This document shows, one piece after another, positions 62,694 to 64,000 of a stretch of DNA of 64,000 nt (its first letter is position 1; every line of letters starts with the position of its first letter). Source of the DNA: Octopus vulgaris (Eukaryota); contig OX597814.1 of the NCBI GenBank assembly GCA_951406725.2, forward strand, positions 139,748,001 through 139,812,000. Direction: 5' to 3'. The position numbers and the translations under genes are program-made. Under the pieces are notes generated by a model that was given only the letters and a program-made list of their open reading frames with translations, was not told the DNA's origin and made no database searches.

Positions 62694-62905
62694 ATGGTTT
62701 CAAATTTTGGCAGAAGGTCAGCAGTTTTGAGGAAGGGGCTAAGTCAGTTATATTGACTCCATGTTCAACTGTTACTTATTTCATCAACCCCAATAGGATG
62801 AAAAGCAAAGTTGACCCTGACAGTATTTGAACTCAGAACATAAAGTCGGAAAAATACTGCCAAGTATTTTTTCTGGCACATTCATGATTTTGCCAGCTCC
62901 CCACC
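62694..62905 (-). mobile_element. SINE type B
   Basis: GGATGAAAAGCAAAGTTGACC..TTTGAACTCAGAAC..TGCCAGCTC. Confidence 0.8.
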
Positions 62906-62919
62906 TTATAAGAAGAAAT

Positions 62920-63163
62920 GTTTCCTTCTCAAGCCATGCTAGGCTCATAAGAGCTGGATTCCTGGTTTCAGTGGCGTATATATTCCCCACCTGGATGGGA
63001 TGCCAATCTGTTGCAAGGTTACTTTATTTTTGCCAGCTGAGTGGACTAGAGCAACATGAAATGAAGTGTTTTCCTGAAGAACACAATGCATTGTCCGGTC
63101 CAGGAATCGAAACCACAATCTTACGTTCATGAGTCCAACACCCTAACCACTAAGCCGCATGCC
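62920..63163 (-). mobile_element. SINE type C, well preserved
   Basis: Minus strand GGCATGCGGCTTAGTGGTTAGGG..GTTTCGATTCCTGG A/B-box-like head. Confidence 0.85.
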
Positions 63164-63669
63164 TCCACTCACCGCCATATTGCGTATTAATATTATTGTA
63201 GCAATTGTAGTGAAAAATTCATTTGGCACAGTTTGGTATAAAGCTTTAACTTATCAGATTTCTTAGAGATTAATGCAAAAGAAAAAATAATATACTAAAT
63301 AAACTTACTCTGCTAATGAATAGCTTAACTGAAAATAAGCATCTAAAGAAAATATTCATTACAATGAATATTAACTGTTGTAGAGCATTTTTCAGCGACA
63401 GCCAACTATTCTGTTATTTACTTTTACTTCTCCTTTTCCTCTGTCTCAATGATTCTCACTCTTTATGTGTAACATCCTTTTACTCATTGCCTCTTGCCAA
63501 GCCTAGCATGTGTACCAATCCTGCACTCCTTATGTTAACACTCTTTGTATTTCTCTTTTACTTTTTCTATACAATGTCAAGTGTGACCTGAGAAATCATC
63601 CAATCAGCTAACATTTGTATTGACTATTATTATATAGAGACATGTGCATATAGATATTTTCTTCATCTG

Positions 63670-63941
63670 TTTTCCTTTACTTGTTTCAGTCATTAGACTG
63701 CAGCCATGCTGGGTCAACATCTCGAAGGATTTTATTTGAACAGATTGACTCCTATACTTATTTTTTAAGTTTGCTACTTATTCTATTGGTCTCTGTTGCC
63801 GATCTGCTCTGCTAAGTTATGGGGATACAAACCAACACTGGTTGTCAAGCATCGTGGGTAAGGGATGATGACACAGAAACAAAGACACACACACACACTC
63901 ATGCACACACACACACACACTCACGCGTGCACACACACACA

Positions 63942-63990
<49 letters not shown>

Positions 63991-64000
63991 ATTTGATGGG
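63670..64000 (-). mobile_element. SINE type A tail and (CA)n, cut by window edge
   Basis: TTTACTTGTTTCAGTCATTAGACTGCAGCCATGCTGG tail then long (CA)n. Confidence 0.82.

Overview
AT-rich, microsatellite-dense animal DNA with no recognisable host protein-coding exon, so intergenic or deep intronic. The repeat repertoire suggests an octopus genome (inference). Retroelements: dozens of copies of three tRNA-headed SINE types with interchangeable tails; a young 5'-truncated RTE LINE (10693-12138, minus) whose ORF carries a C4-H-C3 PHD-type finger inside the RT region, plus many 3' fragments of it; and relics of RTE-BovB, R4/Dong, Jockey/I-type and Penelope-like elements. DNA transposons: a full-length but dead mariner (913-2203), TTAA-flanked piggyBac-type MITEs and a hAT-type MITE with an 8-bp TSD. 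Most notable: five hammerhead-ribozyme-like motifs, one (317-384, minus) with its three strands in a non-circularly permuted order and one (41084-41167, minus) with an intact core; a template-switch rearrangement at 34.1-35.7 kb; and a 23-bp-stem hairpin at 54.1 kb. Family names come from motif recognition, not database searches. Boundaries of decayed repeats are approximate.
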